From: Ascoidea asiatica JCM 7603
Taxonomy: Eukaryota > Fungi > Ascomycota
Direction of reading: 5' to 3'
Length of the DNA: 48,198 nt
Assembly (NCBI GenBank): GCA_001600695.1
Contig: BCKQ01000001.1
Span: 2,230,769 to 2,278,966 of the forward strand
In this document: positions 43,819 to 48,198 of the stretch, in pieces
How positions within the stretch are numbered: position 1 is the stretch's first letter
Layout of the letters: each line of letters begins with the position of its first letter
The notes under the pieces: model-generated
What the model saw: the letters and a program-made list of their open reading frames with translations, nothing else
The model's database searches: none
Told to the model about the DNA's origin: nothing
Translations under genes and position numbers: made by a program

Positions 43819-46800
43819 CTAAAAATCCAAAAAAATTCTCAAATAAAAATTCAACTCCAAATCCAAAAAATTCTTTAAAAGTTTTAAATTCTACGAATAA
43901 TGATCCTATAATCTTAGAAAAAATTGATTCAAAATTATCTTTTGTTATTTTAAATGATTTAATATCAATTATAAATACAAATTCTTCTTCAATTAATAAT
44001 TCAAATTTAACCGCCAATAATACTCCTACAAATAATACTAAAAATGATGGTAATTTAATTTCAAAAGATCAATTAAAATCAATATTCATTTTAGCTAAAG
44101 TTTTACCTTTTATAACTTCTTCAATTGAAATTATTAATTTATTTAATTCAATTTTTTTTAATAATTTATTTTTAATTTTCTTAAATTTACCTGATGAAAT
44201 TGGTGAAATTAATCCTTTATTAGAACATAGTTTTAATAATTATCAATCTGCTCCTGCTCTTTTATCTTCAAATTCAAATTCAAATTTATTCCCAATCCCT
44301 AATTCTAATTCAAATTCAAATTCAAATTCAAATGTAGACCCAAATTTAAATACTCAAAAAAAGAAAAAAAATCTTTTAAATTATAAATTATATAATTCAA
44401 TTTTAACAATTTCAATATTCTTCTTAAAAGGTAATTTATTCACTTTCTTAGATAATAATATTAATAGTAATAATTTTGATAATGATACTTTACCAGATTC
44501 AAAATTATATTATCCATTATTATCTCAATTATATCCAAATTGGTTAATTTTTAAAATTGTTTCTCATTATACTTATTGTGATGATAGTCAATCAATTAAA
44601 CAATCAATAAATTTTATTTTTTTATCTTGTCAAAAATCTATTAAAGATTATCCTGAAATTACTGCAATTGTTTTTGAAAAAATTAGAGAATTTGGTTTTT
44701 TTGATGCTTTAAGATTAATTAGTGAATCTTATCATGAAATTATTATAGAAAATGGTTCAAATTCAAGTTCAAATTCTGATAATGATGAATTAAATAATAT
44801 TTCAAAAAATGATTTAGAATCTCAAATTACTGAAAATTTTGATAATTTAACTATAAATCATTCTATTTCAAATTCAAATATTTCAAATCTAATTCATAAA
44901 AATAATTCTTCAGAAACTTTAAATGATTTAAAAAATAATGCTTTTCAAGATACTAAAAAAATTATTAAAAATTCAAATCTTCCAAAATTTCAAAATCAAT
45001 CAGTAAATTTAAAAACTTCAAAAAATATTAAATTTACAAATAATAATAATAATATGAATAACATTAACAACAATAATAACATTATTATCAATAATAACAA
45101 TAACAATAACAATAATGAAAATAATAATCAAAATTCTTCAAAAAAATCTTCAAGAAGATCTTCAAATCAAAAATTTAATAAAATTACTGCAAGTTCAATT
45201 GATTTTTTTAAAAATGAATTTGATACTTCAATTCTTACGGTAACTGAAGAATTTTTAGGTTTTACTTATGTTATGGTAAGAACTTTAAAAGCTTTAAAAA
45301 TTAATCTTTCAAATGAAATTCATCAATATTATTTTACTAGTTTTTTAAAATTAGTTAAAGATTATTCTTATAAAATTAAATATATAATTTCTGGTGGTGC
45401 TTTATCAATGACTCCAGAAGCTTTTAATAAAACTAATAATAATAATAATAATAATACAAATAATAATAATTTGAATTCTGATGAACAAGATGAAGAATTA
45501 TTTTTAAAAGCAGGTTTTACAAGACATCCATTAAAATTCTTACAAGATAATTTTTCAATTTTAGAACTTCAATCAACTGGTTTATTTTTAAAATCTCCAA
45601 AAGATTCTTTTACAAAAACTTTTCAACAACATTTGATTTTTACTTTTAATAAAAATGATCAATCTCCTTTTCCAATTTGTAGATTTGGTTTATCTATAAC
45701 AACTTTATTAAATCAAGAAATTTTTGATAATGATAAAAATGAACTTTATTATCCTCATATAAGAAAATATTATATTGCTTGGGATAGTTTATTTTATGCT
45801 GCAATGGTTAATGGTTTAAAATATTGGGAAGCTTCAAAAGCTGTACTAGAAGATTTAGATAAAATTATTGAATTATTAATTCAAGGCTTTAGAGAAGTTG
45901 ATATATTAGTTGGAAAATATGAAAATGATCATAATACTCCATGTCCTTTAAGTCAAATGACTGAATGGTTAAATAGTTTAGATTATGAAGGTATACGTGA
46001 ATTACAATTAAATAAATTAAGACAATTACAAGCTCAAACTTGGGAAAAAGAAACTGAAATTTTTGATCAACAATTAAATATGCAAATTTTGAAATTTATT
46101 AGAGAACAAAGAATTTTACAATTATTTAAAGGTCATTGGACTTTTAAAGATGATCCAAAACAATATGAAAGAAGTCGTAATACTTATAAAGTTCCAAGGA
46201 GATTTTATTTAATGTTAGCTCCAAATAAAAATTATTTAATGTATAGATTATTATCAAAATCAAGTTATCATCCTCCAGAATTAACAAAAAGTACAGATCC
46301 AATTATTATGATTGATCAAATTAAAGATATAAAATCAGAAATTGTAAATACATTAGAAACAAATAATTATAATGATAAATCTCTTGCAATAAAAAATAAT
46401 AAAAGTTTTATTTCAATTCCTACTCGTCATATTATTACAAAAGTAAGTTTATTAGATAAAAATAATAAAAGATTATTACAATTTTATACAACTTCAAAAG
46501 AATCTTCTATGATTATTATTGATGGTTTAAAATTATTAATTGATCCTGAATGTCAAAAGTTCACACTTTCCGATGAAACTTTACAACATACAAAAATTTT
46601 ATTTGATGCTAGAAAAACAATTCAATTAGCAAGTTTAAAAGTATCGGATTCTAAAATATATGATAATTTATTGAAAGAACAAAGTATTGTTAATAAAGGT
46701 GTAACATTATTTGCGGATACATTAGATAAAAAAGCTAAAAACTATGAAAAAGATGAAGTTCCTGATGTTTATAATTATGAGACTTTAAATAATTTAGCAA

Positions 46801-46823
46801 GAAACTTTTATTACGAAACATGA
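43611..46823 (+). CDS. LMO1: ELMO/CED-12 family protein with a C-terminal PH domain (Lmo1-like)
   Basis: ELMO-like AGFTRHP...PFPICRFGLSIT and PH-domain entry FIREQRILQLFKGHW...YLMLAPN, with poly-Asn insertions. Confidence 0.78.
43761..43814 (+). repeat. (AAT)18 coding microsatellite (poly-Asn)
   Basis: Uninterrupted in-frame AAT run. Confidence 0.9.
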
Positions 46824-47042
46824 TTTTTTTATATTTCAGTACAAAAATTGTCTTTTTTAGATTTTAGTTTTCAATAAAATCATACTTATAATTAGTAATA
46901 TCTACAATGTGTCTATATTTTTTTTAAAAAAAAAGATTAAATGGCGTATAAATTATATATATAATTTTTTTTTTGTATAAAGAATATATATAGTTTAAAT
47001 GAAAATGTTCTATGAATAAAAATGGGAAATTATATTTAATTT

Positions 47043-48198
47043 CTAGAATATATTTTGTTTTGATAAATTATCAAATCTAGAATAAGTATAACCTATGAAT
47101 GGCATATCAATTGTATCACCAGTTCCCAGATCTATATCATCATCTAATTTATTTGTTTGAAGAGAATCAGTATCAAAATATCGTGTATCAGTTATGGATC
47201 TAATATCAGGAACAAAAGGAGCTCTGATTTGATGTAATGAATTCCAATTAAGTCCAGAAAAAAAAGGATGCTGTTTAATTTCATCAATACTTATTCTATT
47301 TTCAACATTTGTTAATAATCTTCTTATTAAATCTTCAGCTTCATAAGAAATATGAATATAATTTGGAATATGAAGATAATATTGCCAATAAAGAATTTTT
47401 TTACAAGTATCTTGATTATTTTCAGCCCAAAATGGAGGAAATCCAATTAAACATTCAAACATTATAGCACCTAAAGACCACCAATCACATTCAGGACCAT
47501 AACCTTTATTTAATAAAATTTCTGGAGCAATATAATTTGGAGTACCAACAGTTGAATAAGCCATTAATCTTCTTGATTTTCTCCAAGTTTTTAATTTTTC
47601 ATCATCAACTTCAGTTTTTAATTGAATTGGATTTTCAACAATAGTTGTATTTCTTTTTGATTTATTATTATAATCATAATAATTTAATTTTGCTAAAATA
47701 TTTTGATAATAATTAATATCATTATGATTATGAAAATTAGTTGCTAAACCAAAATCAGTTAATCTTAAATGACCATGAATATCAATTAAAATATTATCAG
47801 GTTTAATATCTCTATGAATGAAACCTAATTTATGAATTTCTTCAATTGCTAAAATCATTTCGGCCATATAAAATTTAGTTATTTCTTCATTAAAACGATC
47901 TAATCTAATTAATAAACCCATTAAATCACCACCAGGTAAATATTCCATAATTAAATAAAGAAATTTAATATCTTGAAATGAGAAATATAAAGGTACAACC
48001 CATGGAGAATTTGATTGAGCCATTAAATCTCTTTCAGCTTTAACATGATTAACTTCATTTCTTTGATACATTTCAGATTTTATTAATCTTTTCATTGCAA
48101 AAAATTTTCCATTATCTTTTTTTTGAACTAATCTAACTTCACCAAAACCACCTTTACCAATAATTTTAATATTTGTAAAATCATCAATTGTTAATTTT
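47043..48198 (-). CDS. CBK1: NDR/LATS kinase Cbk1-like (5' partial; the frame is open to the window end)
   Basis: [26 protein letters not shown] is read upstream of the track start. Also [28 protein letters not shown] and the hydrophobic motif [11 protein letters not shown]. Confidence 0.9.
   Translation of the reverse strand, partial: KLTIDDFTNIKIIGKGGFGEVRLVQKKDNGKFFAMKRLIKSEMYQRNEVNHVKAERDLMAQSNSPWVVPLYFSFQDIKFLYLIMEYLPGGDLMGLLIRLDRFNEEITKFYMAEMILAIEEIHKLGFIHRDIKPDNILIDIHGHLRLTDFGLATNFHNHNDINYYQNILAKLNYYDYNNKSKRNTTIVENPIQLKTEVDDEKLKTWRKSRRLMAYSTVGTPNYIAPEILLNKGYGPECDWWSLGAIMFECLIGFPPFWAENNQDTCKKILYWQYYLHIPNYIHISYEAEDLIRRLLTNVENRISIDEIKQHPFFSGLNWNSLHQIRAPFVPDIRSITDTRYFDTDSLQTNKLDDDIDLGTGDTIDMPFIGYTYSRFDNLSKQNIF

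Noticed and set aside
43706-44017. Poly-Leu antisense ORF
   Set aside because: Reverse complement of the (AAT)n tract in LMO1.
1-48198. CRISPR arrays, transposons/LTRs, point-centromere CDEI-II-III, MAT genes, a-factor gene
   Set aside because: I saw no spacer-repeat arrays, transposase/RT frames, CDEIII downstream of the CACGTG sites, HMG/homeobox genes or small CaaX ORFs.

Overview
This is eukaryotic DNA from a very AT-rich budding yeast (Saccharomycotina). It is gene-dense, with no recognisable tRNA, rRNA, transposon or CRISPR. Gene order: END3(-), STE2(+), BST1(-), a 53-aa spliced MCO6-like microprotein gene missed by the ORF track (+), ARH1(-), SCC2(+, spliced), MET4-like bZIP(+), UTP14(+, C-terminally short), RRT14(+), an Asn-rich bHLH factor(-), CMS1(+), EGH1(-), RAI1(-), an unknown TM/coiled-coil protein(-), RFC1(-, spliced), HFD1(-), LMO1/ELMO(+) and a divergent CBK1-like NDR kinase(-, runs off the window). 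Three short GTAAGT...TAG introns were read from the sequence; two of them correct the ORF-track starts of SCC2 and RFC1. In-frame CTG codons repeatedly fall in Ser-rich contexts, which suggests CUG=Ser decoding (CUG-Ser1 or the Ascoidea/Saccharomycopsis Ser2 clade; the taxon is an inference). The most notable non-coding signals are an ancestral-type a2-Mcm1 element upstream of STE2, a CATCCGGA motif recurring in three consecutive divergent promoters, and a GC-rich purine/pyrimidine island in the 2.3 kb HFD1-LMO1 spacer. Gene names rest on motifs I recall, not on database searches. I found no clear-cut novel multi-gene system.
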